A DNA stretch of 64,000 bases from Macrostomum lignano (lineage: Eukaryota). The stretch lies in NCBI GenBank assembly GCA_002269645.1, contig NIVC01001113.1, positions 186,001-250,000 on the forward strand, written 5' to 3'. The notes beneath the pieces were generated by a model, which made no database searches, was not told the DNA's origin, and saw only the letters and a program-made list of their open reading frames with translations. Positions 1 to 11,137 of this stretch are shown here, one piece after another; position 1 is the stretch's first letter, and each line of letters starts with the position of its first letter. Made by a program: the position numbers and the translations under genes.

Positions 1-971
1 TCTCATTTGACATTCATCTGGTTAATACCAGACAAATAGGCTTTTTATTATTTGACCATTTAAATTGATAATGCTAAAATATCTATTTTATAGAAACTAC
101 AAGGGTGAATAATCCTAGACTTCAAAGACGTCTTACTCGTATCTTGATTATTATGTTGTTATACTAGTGTAAGTCTTATACACCAAATTATGCCGAATTG
201 AATACACTGCTTTCTTATATGTACACTAGTGTGACTAGTATACAACAAAATATTAATCAGTATATGTGAAAAGGTCTTATTAATCTAGAATATTCATCAC
301 AAAACAAATAGCAATTTAAACAGTTAGCAATTTAAACAGACAAATAGTAAAAAGGCTATTCGTCCAGCCACCAGACAAATAACAACTGCCAAAATTAAAA
401 TATGCCTGTTGCCTGCCTTATTGTCTAGTAACTAAGTAGGCAGTAGCTGTACTGTTGGCTTGCTTAAAATTTACTAGAGCATGCACCAGATAAAGCATTG
501 TGCCTTTAGAATTTAGATCTATAGCAAATAGCTTAAAGAATATAGCCTGCTACTCAGCTATGCTGCTAGTGCTACTGACCTACTGACAGTGGTGGCGAGA
601 ACTGAGGACAGTCTATTAGACTATTCAGATTTCAAAAGACAAAAATTTTAGTAGCACACCGAAAACATGTTGAGGCGGCCAAGAGTGATTGGCAATGCTA
701 AATTCAACTCAACTTCGGGCAAAAATTTCAGGATTTTTTACACGGGGACTTTCGAAAATCATGTCTTAGAAAAAGGTGTTTTAAAACCCTACACAAAAGG
801 CGTATAGAAAAACAAAACAAAAGCATAAGCTAACATAAAAACGACGTAAGTGGCTAGTATAATAAAATTTAACTGCTTAGCTAGAGTTCTTTTGATATTG
901 TTTTAGCGATTTAAGTCGCTTATCATCACTTTATCCTGCCGACAATAGGGGCCATAACCCAACTAGTAATG

Positions 972-1940
972 TGAGGTGGGGGTGGAGAAAGAATTTTCTT
1001 CGAATGGGTTGATTTGAAATTTGCTGACACCAGTGAGGTGGGCGGATTCCTCGTTTGAATTGCCGCCGACGTTGAGTTAGCACGAGTAAAGCCGGAAATT
1101 CGCGCAGACGAATCACAACGTAATCTTTCTCCTTTTACTCCGACAGCCGGGTTCTCAAGTCCGGGGGGAGGGTAGTCGTGATCGTAGCGGAGCGGTCGTG
1201 TAACGGCGCGGTCGTTCAAAGCGATGAAACACCGGAGATTTAGACACCGTAAATCAATGTGTAGAGTTGCTGAGCTGGTTACTTTCAGTAGGGTAGAGCT
1301 GCCACCACCGTAATTTACGTATTACGGAACGGATAAGTCTCTGAGCTTTCTTTGAGCTGAGAAAACTTGGTTATTTTACGCCCCACGGGCAAAAGACTCA
1401 AGATAGGCTATGGCTTAATGTTAACGATAAAAGTATTATTAATAAATTGGTTTTGATTATTATTCTTATTTAGTTCAGGTTGAGCAGGATAACAACTGAA
1501 TTAATAAATACAATTATGACGAGGATGATTTCGGCGTGCCGCGGTGGGACGGCTAACTAAAATAAACAATCAAACTATACGCAACTATTTAGAGTAAAGC
1601 AGAAGGAGTATTCAAAATAAAAATGCAAACTAAACTAAAACCAAGTAAGACAGATTAAGACAAAAAGGCGAGGGGTGAGAGAGAGAGAGGGAGCGAGCGA
1701 GAGAGCGAGTGAGCGAGAGCAAAAAGTTACACGAACTCACACAACAATTTATAAGAAAAAGTAGGCAAAGTCTGCTACTGGACCAGAATAAGGAGAAGCA
1801 CATAACGCGTCTGGTCCAGTAGCTGCAGAACAAAAAGAAAACAAGAAATTAAATGAGGTATGCAACTAAACAAGCAAATGGAGAGCAAATTTTACGTAGC
1901 GGGAGACTAAAAATCCCATTGCGGGATGGGGTGCGTGACA
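972..1940 (-). mobile_element. LTR-like copy A of the minus-strand Gypsy family (probable 3' LTR, or LTR of a related element)
   Basis: About 450 bp core (approx. 1075-1540) aligns by eye at roughly 80-85% with 6960-7440. Both copies start TGAGGTGG on + and contain a GA microsatellite. A possible outer end GTGACA at 1940 is followed by a weak polypurine tract on minus (GGGACAAAAG, 1941-1950). The right boundary is uncertain. Confidence 0.55.
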
Positions 1941-2134
1941 CTTTTGTCCCGGTGTGGCAGAGCAAAAATTGGCGGATTGGGAAAGCAATGCATTCACGTA
2001 AGAGTAATAATTTTAAAAGATAATGAATAATGATTAAATGAATGCAACAATATTAACAGGGGCAGCCACCTGCCACATGCACGGGCGGGCCGGGATAAAG
2101 GCCAAAAATGCACAGTAATCATACTGTTAAAAAA

Positions 2135-2847
2135 TCAATGGCGGCCGCCTCGGCCGGTGGGCGCTCTGTTGCCTCGGGTCGAAGGTCGGGAGCCGCGGGC
2201 CGTCTCGCTCGGCGTCTCGTCCGACTGATGACTCCTAGTCGCTCTCGCGGAAGAGCTCGCTACTCGGGCAGCTTTGCACAATTGATCAATAACCGGCGGG
2301 ATGCCGCGTCGCCGAACATGCTCTACGTAGCGAGCAGTCAGAGTGCAGCATGGTCCCAGTTGTGGGCCGGTGGTCTCGGCTTGCAGCCGGAGACCGGTCA
2401 GGGCAGCCGCGGCCTCGAGCGCCAGGGTGGTGTCGGCGAACGAGTGCTGGCGGTCCACCGTGTCCCAGGTTCGGCAATCATTCACGTGTCTCGGCCCTGG
2501 GGGACGCATCACCTCCAAATATAGCAACTCCTGGAGCATCTGGGCTGGGCCATGCCAACCGGTGGGGCTGCCTCCGGGGCTGGGGCGCCCGACGCCTCCA
2601 AGTTGGCCTGGCAGGAGCCGCTCGACCATGCAGAGGGCGGCAGTGGCGGCGTAACCTGCGGGCCGTACTCTAGAAGTCGCAAAAAGTCGGCGTCGTCGGC
2701 CTCCAGCGCGGGCGCGGCGTGTACCTGGTCCAGGAACGGATCGATTCCGATGTCCGGGCTTGGGGCGGGCGCAGGCGGCGTATGAACCATCGGGTCGTCA
2801 AACATCCGCCGGTCGGGGGCGTCGATACTCCACATTCGATCGGCCAT
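2135..2847 (-). pseudogene. Extra GC-rich ORF in the 3' region of the Gypsy element, split by one frameshift (ORFs 2509-2847 and 2135-2629)
   Basis: Two overlapping GC-rich ORFs read as one ~235-codon protein (MADRMWSIDAPDRRMFDDPMV...QMLQELLYLEVMRPPG...). It lies between the integrase end and LTR copy A. No recognisable domain and no transmembrane segment. Confidence 0.4.
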
Positions 2848-3604
2848 GGCGACGAGACAATGAACTTATGGTCGGAAGCTGGTCGCCGGATCGGATTGAT
2901 TGTCAGTCGATTTGGTTCGCAAGCGGAATGTTGTCGGCGGATTTAAGTGGCGAGCCGAACAATTTAACAATTAGAAAAATAAAATCAGAGCCAGAGCGCG
3001 GCTTTAAATACTTGGGCTGCCGTCACGCAGATGGAAAAGGGGCTCCCGAGCCGGGAACAGGCCTCCACCCCGCATGCACTCTAAGGCGGGCACGCATGGA
3101 GATGGGAGGTTAAAACCAAAAGGCCATAAAACAGATAAACGCGCGGCAGGGGTCCTGAATTGAATGAAACGGGGGCACCTAAGCGGCTCACATTAAACGG
3201 GTTGGTGGTTGGGAAAGCTGAACATCGCGTTAAACAGCAAATAGAAAATAGATAGAAAGAGGGAGCAATTGTGGCTCCTTATAGCTAAGATAATATAGAA
3301 AAAGTAAGTTAGTGACCAATATCATCATACTGGGGGGCTCAACAAGGAGTTACAGGAAAACAGGAGCAAGCAACTGGCACTGGGAGAGGGGAAACGAAAG
3401 GCGGCCCTCACAAAATTTTCCCAGGCTCGAACTAAATTAAACAAAGAAAAACAGGGGTCGAGTCACCTCAAATGGCCTCCGCTGAGGACAAGGCCTGGCT
3501 GGAAATCCGGGGCTCTTGGCCTGGGCGGGGCACTGACAGTTTGGCCCTTAGACAGTGGGCGCACAACTAGAAGAGAGGGACCTTCAGCTAGGTTTGCAAA
3601 AATT

Positions 3605-3895
3605 AGCTGCTTTTTACCTGAAAGCTTAAGGCGAGAAAATTGGGACACTTCTGCACTTTGATCGCGTGCGAGAAGTTTACAGCAAATGGGGAGGCGCAAA
3701 ATCAGATGAAACGTAATTAAGAAATGATTTTACAGTATCGCATTGATTAATTCGCACGAAACTGTTCGAATACACTCTGCTTTTACCTGAAAGCATAAGG
3801 AGAATGGGAATTTGCTTTTAACCCTGAAGCATAAAGAAAGTACATTGAAAATTTGACGCCTGCTTTTAACCCTGAAGCATAAGGAAAGTACATTG
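3605..3895. repeat. Four dispersed copies of a ~22 nt motif TTTTA(C/A)C(C)TGAA(A)GC(A/T)TAA(G/A)G in the Gypsy 3' non-coding region
   Basis: Copies start near 3611, 3781, 3815 and 3864. Confidence 0.6.
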
Positions 3896-4056
3896 CACGA
3901 GAATTTTAAAACCCGCTTTCAGCACAGAACGGGTGCAGAGAAAGCTTACAGCAAAATTAAAATTTGGAAACGCGTTCGCACATTCAGCTACTACTAGTAA
4001 TGCGCATCATAGGTTAGCAACTTGGCGCAATATAAAGTTCATTGGTAATTACCTTT

Positions 4057-4845
4057 TCAAACTTCGATCTCCGTGCCGATATCGGGCAAATCCGGGTCGC
4101 CTTCCGGCAGCACTTCCGGATGGCGGAGGCTCGGCTCGAACAATTGGCTGCCGCGCAGGTCAGGCTGAGTTGCGGCTGGCTGTTCAGGAGCGGGCTTATC
4201 GGCTGGTTCGACTTCGCTTTCGTCACTTGATTCGTAGGGCAGAATTGGCCGCTCTGTCTGGCGCGGCGGCTCCTGCGGTCGATTTGCCATCGCCTGCGGC
4301 ACCTTGATGACGTTATTGCGGTGCACGAGCATTTGAGCGGGGCGTCCCCGTCGGGCTGTCGCAGGCTGGATCCAGTAGGCTACTTCGCCGACCTTTCTGT
4401 TGACTTTGTACAAGCTTTTGTACGGCCGGTGAAACTTCGGCAGATCGCCCAACTCGAGCTTCGGGTTGGCCAGGCAGACCAGGTCTCCGGGCTGCAGTTC
4501 CGCGGGCTTGGGTCGGTTCTCGTAGTATTCTTCGCGGCGTTGGATCTCAGCTCGCAATCGCTGTTGTACAATTCTTTCGGTCTCGGCCAGTCTGCGCTGA
4601 TGCTTCGCGATGTACTCGGGGAGGTCCGGTGATACGTCCAGGCGGTCTAGGGTGTTATCGATCGGGTACCGATAGGGCACTCCGTAGACGACGTAATGCG
4701 GCGAGAAACCCGTCGTAAGGTTGACTGCGGATCGCAGGGCGGTCAAAGCGGCTGGCAGCATCTTGTCCCATTGCTGGTGATCTTCTAGGAGACAAGTGAG
4801 CACCTTTTTGATGTTTTTATTGCACGATTCAGCTTGTCCGTTGGC
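4057..4845 (-). pseudogene. Gypsy integrase, C-terminal part only
   Basis: LNRAIK..MLTCLLEDHQQWDKMLPAALTALRSAVNLTTGFSPHYVVYG, then GDLVCL...KFHRPYKSLYKV...VAYWI...LVHRNNV (GPY/F-type module). The first two catalytic Asp regions are absent. Confidence 0.85.
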
Positions 4846-5400
4846 CCAAGGTGAATATCTTCGCGCCGAGCCGGTTTTAACGGCTCGATCACAGCGGGTG
4901 TACCCTGGTTTACTTCTCGTCCTTTGGCTAGCTTGATTTTAATTCGGGCTGACGATAGCGGTGGCACAGTAGTGCTCTCGGCTGTGTAGATTCTGCACGT
5001 GGTAGCCTCAGTTCGCGTGTAGCGAAGCGGCGCGGCAGTGCCGTCCTTGAAAAACAGCATCCCGGCGGCGAGATCCAGTGCGGTGCTGTACTTCTCCAGA
5101 AACTCGAAGCCCAGGATGTTGTCATGCGATCCTTTCGCTAGCAGAAACTTAACTGTTGGCTCGAAATTCCAATCTTCACTTTGATAGTTAGTTGGCCTGC
5201 CATTTGAATTGGTTCACCATTGTAGGTCACGATACGTTGCAGGCAAGGCTCAATTTGACCACGCAGGGTCGGGTCGTCGGTACATAGGCGGTGCCAGGTG
5301 CTGAATCCGAGGACTTCGCACTTAAGCCGGTTTCAAGCAAGAAAGCAAAATAACGGCCTTGAATCTCACCAGTTAAAAACGAGTTCTGTACAGGTGCGGC
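4846..5400 (-). pseudogene. Degenerate retroviral-type aspartic protease and linker
   Basis: YFAFLLETG (D[ST]G decayed to ETG, ~5324-5352) and, in another frame, DNILGFEFLEKY. Contains frameshifts. Joins directly to the integrase C-terminus near 4845. Confidence 0.65.
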
Positions 5401-5539
5401 GGAGGCGGTCTCAGCAGTGGCCTGCTGAGCGACTAAAGTCCTCGGCGGGGACTTTAGTGCTGGCGCGGCTGCTGGATGGCGCTGCCCCCGATGACGCGTC
5501 CAGCCGTCCCGTTTCCCGAGCTGCCGTTGCGCTGGGGCG

Positions 5540-6812
5540 CGGTGCTGGCTGACCGCCGGTGCGGGCACTCTTCGGCGCGGTGCTCGCGGTTGCACCTATA
5601 GCACATTGCACTTTGTCGCCGCAGCTGGTAAGGCGGCGGCCTTGAACTCGGCTGTTACTGCTGCTGCTGACGTTGACCTCCTGCTGGCGGCGTTCTCGGC
5701 GGCGGGTTGCTGCCGTCTCGTGGTTGCTGAAGTCGATGGAACGGTTGCTGCGGCACCATTCGTGTGCCGGGCGTCGTAAATTGAGCGCTGCGGCGAGGAG
5801 TCGAGGGCACCAAACATCTGTTGCGCTGGCCCCAGGAATCCCGCGGCTGATGGCGAGGTTCCCATGGCTCCGGGGTGTCGTTGTCGCGCGTAGAATTCTC
5901 GCATTTCATTACTCAAAGTCTCCAGTAATCGTCGCTGCTCTTGCAGAGTCTCGGCTTGTTGTTCCATTACTTCACGCAACCAGTTTTCCTCGGGCCGAGA
6001 TGACTTGTCGTCGTGTTGCACCACAGTGGGCGGCTGACTGTTGTCATCCTCGAGAACCCGGACGTGTCTCGCTGCTGGCGGCGGTGCCACTCGCTGAGCC
6101 AGACTAGCTGCTGTCTCCAAGCGTAGCACAGCCCTTCTTGCTGCGGTCAGATTCTGCGGTCGCACCAGGATTAGCTGCTCTCTGGCTGACTGAGCAATCC
6201 GCACTCCCACAGTGAATTGATCCACCAGTTCAGCCTGCTTCTGAAACGGGGTAAAATGCGGAAATGCTCTATCGGCCAGAGCAATTAGTCGATCACCGTA
6301 GTCGTCAACGCTCTCGTTCTTGCCTTGCTGGCAGCTTCGGAACTGCTCCCGGTACTCCAGCGTGTCGGCCACATGCGTAAAGCGTTCAGACAATCGTTGC
6401 TTGAATTCACCAAACGTCAGATTATCTGGCAGCTCCATCCTGACAACTGCGGGATAGGTTGTGGCGATGTCCAGGTTCACTAGGACCTCCGCCTTCTTGC
6501 GTCTATCGTCTGTGATCCCGTTGAGCTCGCAACGCTCTTCCAGAGCCTGGATCCAGACGTCGAATTCCTGGTTCTGCGTGTACCGCTGAATCTTGACCGG
6601 TTTCGGCGCCGGAGCTCGATCCTGCTGCTGGGGCTGCTGGTACACTGATGATGGTGTTGCGGCTGGCCCAGGCTGGTCTGCTCCAGTCGCCGGCGCACCT
6701 CTTCGGTCACCGCGCGAATCATCTCGTCGTAGGTCGGTCTTGTAGCTGAGTTGTCGGGGCCCGCGGCGTTGGCTGTCGCGTCCGCGGCCGTTGAATTAGT
6801 AGTTGAAGCCAT
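5540..6812 (-). pseudogene. Gypsy gag with two frameshifts and a CCHC zinc knuckle
   Basis: ORF 6480-6812 shifts near 6645 into ORF 5596-6645 (FDVWIQALEERC...FRSCQQGKNESVDDYGDRLIALADRAF...LVDQFTVGV). A further shift near 5600 restores CYRCNREHRAEEC (CX2CX3HX4C). Confidence 0.85.
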
Positions 6813-6861
6813 AGTAGTGTAGCATTTGAACGACTCGTTGAAAGGGTTTCGGCGTTTTGTT

Positions 6862-6881
6862 ATCCCACTTAGCTGACACCA
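6862..6881 (-). promoter_or_regulatory. Primer-binding site, tRNA-Leu-like
   Basis: Minus strand reads TGGTGTCAGCTAAGTGGGAT directly after the LTR end ...CCTCA-C. This resembles the canonical tRNA-Leu PBS TGGTGTCAG(G/A)AGTGGGAT with a small insertion. Confidence 0.7.
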
Positions 6882-6882
6882 G

Positions 6883-7503
6883 TGAGGTGGTGCGGAGAAA
6901 AGAAAAGAAATGATTTGGGGATTTGAAAATTCGGGTTTCCTTGAAACCGGTTAGCGTTGCGTTCGCACGAATGAAGCCGTAAAAATCGCGCAGACGAATC
7001 ACAACGAGATTCTTCTCCTGTTTTACTCCGACAGCCGGGTTCTCAAGTCCGGGGGGAGGGTAGTCGTAATCGTAGCGGAGCGGTCGTAGAGCGGCGCGGT
7101 CGTTCAAAGCGATGAAACACCGTAAATTCAGACACCGTAAATTTTGCGTCGATTTGCAGAGCTTGTTACTGTCAGTAGGGTAAGTTGCTGCCACCACCGT
7201 AATTTACGTATTACGGAACGTTAATGGTCTCAGAGCTTTCTTTGAGATGAGAACTTTGGTTATTTTATGCCCCACGGGCAAATGACTCAAGAAATACTAT
7301 GGCTTTAGTCAACGGATAAATATGGAGTTATTAATTGTCTTTATTATTAAATGAAGCAGGCTTATTAAGTAAAATTATTATTATTGTTAATCAAACTAAC
7401 TTGTAATATTAAATTCCAGACGAGGATTAATTCACGGGCGCCGGTGCGCAAGACTGTTTAGAAAATAGAAGTAAAACTCAAGTTGGTAAATGTAATGACA
7501 AAA

Positions 7504-7549
<46 letters not shown>

Positions 7550-7550
7550 A
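6883..7550 (-). mobile_element. 5' LTR (copy B) of the minus-strand Gypsy element; right boundary unresolved (could extend to ~8060 or ~8360)
   Basis: Abuts the PBS, starts with TG on +, is homologous to 972-1700, and contains (GA)n at 7508-7548. Confidence 0.65.
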
Positions 7551-10500
7551 AAAACAAACAAAATAAAAACAAAACCAAAGACAAAACAACATACTTGGGA
7601 CGACTCGTCACAAGCAGAATAAATAGTAAATAAAATAGCATGAACATTAATTGGGGGAAACGCTGGACTGTGACGAATTTAATCTGGCAGTCCTTGGCAG
7701 AACAAGACCGAACAAGACCGAAGAAAAATGCAAGCATAGCGCAGTCCAATATACAATTGAATTGATATATTTTGCTTGCTTAGTTGGCCAAGTTTTTTAT
7801 TTGTTTTTATAGTAGTGACGAAAAACGAACAGTTAATATAAAACGATAGATGATACAGCGAATTGTAATTGGCTGAGAGTTACGATGGGCACTGGGCAAA
7901 TTATTGATTTGTTAAAAATTCATCACTTGCTGACATATAAAAGCCGATTCAATGAATGTACTCGTACACAGAATTCATACAAAATATGATACACTTACGT
8001 AGTAGTCTACTGATAGTAAAAATGATAGTAAAACAATGAAGTTTTCCACAAGTCCCCCGTCACAGGACAGACTGCTGGATTAAAAATACATGGCATTGGA
8101 CACTTCGGGTGGACGGCTTTGTCGCAATGGGGAAAAAGAAAACCTAAACAAATTTCCAACGGGAGGGAACAAGCCCTGTCCAAAAGATGGAAGTAATGTT
8201 CAGCAGCTGGATGTCCACTTGATGAAAAATGAGGACCCAAAAATCACATAGTGGACACGAAAAAAAATAAATGTTCCTTTTGCATGCGTTTTAAAGAGTT
8301 ATTAAATAACTGTTAGTTACGTTTCACTAGTGACACTCAACTGCCACACCCTACCACATAATGATTTGACCGCAGTGACCGCATAGGCCTAGAGTCGTAT
8401 AGAGAGTATACATTGAATCTTGATTGATCAGAATATAATAATGTCTAATCTAAGTAAGTTCTGTTTGACTGGTAGGCCTATTTCAGTCTACAGCCTAACT
8501 AAAGCCTCTAATCTGGGAAGATTAGAAGAATCTGAGAAATGTTCCTAACATTTCACAGTGTTACATGTCTTGTAGTTGTAGACGTTGTAGTTAGGTCTAA
8601 TAGTCTATCTAACCTGTAATATGTCTTAGAATACACATTGTACATAGGCTAGGCCTAGTAGCTTAGTCGCACGACCAAGACCGCCACACACCAAGACCGC
8701 CACAGCTCTTACTGGCTACTGGAATTGAGGGGGAGCTACTAATCTTCCAGCATTGCTATTGGTTGTGATGGGTTGTGGAGTTAGATGAGGAGGAAGCGTC
8801 CCAAGATTGGTCACGAATAAGTGGCCCAAAACGATTGCAAGTCAACCAGGGCAATTTTAACAATATCTTTAACAAAACCACAATTTGTTACTTTTAGCAG
8901 TAGATGAGCATGAATATTGCTTTTGAGAGCAAAAACTTGAGTAATTAGATTTAACTTCACTTTCAAAAAAGCGCCTCTCAAAATGCAATTGCAGGTTGCT
9001 GTAATTTGAAAAGTTTTTTACGAGCTTGCACATTCGTATATTCGGCGTCTGGGTGCGTAGTGCATTACGGACAAACAAATCTAAGCGTCTTGATATGTGC
9101 GATGGTATGTGGATTTAGAGGTGCCATTCATTTTGACGAAGGTTTACATGTGTTTTGACGAAAGCAAGTTAACAACTATCGTTCACTCACTCGTTCGTTC
9201 ACAGAAAAAGCGCATCTTAGGCCCAATGCCTATGATATGTTTACATGTCTGGAAATGTACGAGCACGAGCACTGTGTGTATTTTATTGTGTACTCAAAGC
9301 CGGGAATTTCGGAGAAAGCAAAGTGAGGGGATGAGAGTAAATTTACATGCACATGCAATGAGAGAATATATGGAGAAAGGTTAGGAGATCTCGATCTCTC
9401 TCACTCTCACTCTCTGTCTCACTCATTTCACACCCACTCCCACACTGACACACTCTCTCACTCTCACTCTCTAACTCACTCACTCACTCACTCACTCACT
9501 TTGTTGCTTTTAATTCATTTCTGAATTTCAGGCACTATAATAAATTATAGCATTTTCACACATTTGATCTTTTGCCTCCGATTTTTAAATGCAAATATCC
9601 TTTACTCTCGCAGTCTCGCGCACTGCGGCAACTTTGCACAGGTACAGTGTGAGCTACATGTCCATGCATTTTTTCAAAGGGTACTGATCGATAAATACTG
9701 ATTTTGACAATTCTGACATCTCTTCAAAATATACCAAACTTCTTGATACATTTAATGTAATGTAATTTAATGTATGTGCATATAAGTGCAAGGTACATGT
9801 TACATGTACACGTTATCCAATCTATCTGTGACGTTTTTTTCTAGCCGATCAGGAATTATCAATAGCAGTCAAATTTTTGCAGCTGAAATCACATTCAGCG
9901 TTATGCAAAAAGGAAATATTTGCGAAATCAAAAAGCCGTTTTTAAAGCACTGCAAACTGTGGTCTGAGCCTTGCCGCTCGCAAATAAGTGTTGCGGTGTG
10001 ATGCGCTCCGCGTTTATATTTCGGGAGTCCATGCGGTGGAGATGCTTGAATTAGGTGAAAAATATGCAAACTTGAAGATATCAGTGGATAGGGCAGATCG
10101 AAGGGAGATTTGCGAACAAATTGTTAGAAAACAATGGTTGCATACTTTTGCATAATGCTTGCATTCATCTGTTAGTACAGTTGTAGCTTGTATCGGACAT
10201 GCGAAATATGCAAAATACCATAAGATCGGAGTCGGACCAATGGCACAATCATTTTTTTATTTTAGATAGACTGCTTTTAGTCCCATCAAATTTTGCATGT
10301 ACTTCTGAGGTCATGACCTCATGCTCATGCTGTACTTGGCAGATCCAGGTTTTCGCTCCGGGGGCCTCGCTTGGTTGCACTATTACACATGGGAACACCA
10401 ACTGCAATGTAGATGCCACGCCCACATACGCTCGTACGTTGCTCAGAATTTAATTGAATTCAATCTGATCACACTATACTGAATACCCGCAGCTATTTTG

Positions 10501-10888
10501 GAATATTTGATAGCTATATCTCTAACGCCGGCCCCTCGTTACTATCCAAATCTTTTTTGTGCCCTCCTTTTGAATTCAGTACATTAATTGGAACTCACAG
10601 TTATATATACAAACAGTTTTTTAAAGCTCGACTCGAGTCCATGCAGTTCAGGGGTTGCACCCAGAGGGGGAGGGGTCGAGGGAGGAAAATTCCGGGGTCT
10701 GCCCCCTCTTGCCAGTGCCACCTCTCTCCGTAAACAACCCCCCCCCCCTAAAATTTTTGAGTACGCCCCTCGTTCCGTTCAAGATTTATGGCTTGGTATT
10801 TTAAAAATGCACGGCCGTTGCATGTAGCCTATATAGCGATGAATTTCAGAACCTATAAGAGATAACAAGTTAAGTACAGCTGTTTTTT

Positions 10889-11137
10889 TGATATGACGGG
10901 ACTATAATATTGATATTATTTTAATTGCATATGCAGTTTGACGCGTTTTGTTTTATCTATGGACTAAATGAAGCTGCAAAACAGGCTGGGGTTAAGCCCG
11001 CTGTGAGAATGTGAAATAAAGAGGAATAAGAGCAAGACAAAGAACCTTGGAGCCGCGGAAACGTCTGCTAGGATATCAGCACTAATAATTAATGCCTTAA
11101 GTATATTGAAGACTTTAAGTAACCTGAAAACATAACA
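10889..11137 (+). repeat. 5' LTR (249 bp)
   Basis: TGATATGAC...CATAACA. Differs from 14869-15126 by 2 substitutions plus 2-nt and 7-nt indels. Confidence 0.95.

Noticed and set aside
10648-10775. Short G/C-ended MITE-like segment (CAGGGGTTGCACCC ... GAGTACGCCCCTC)
   Set aside because: TIR match is weak and no TSD was found.
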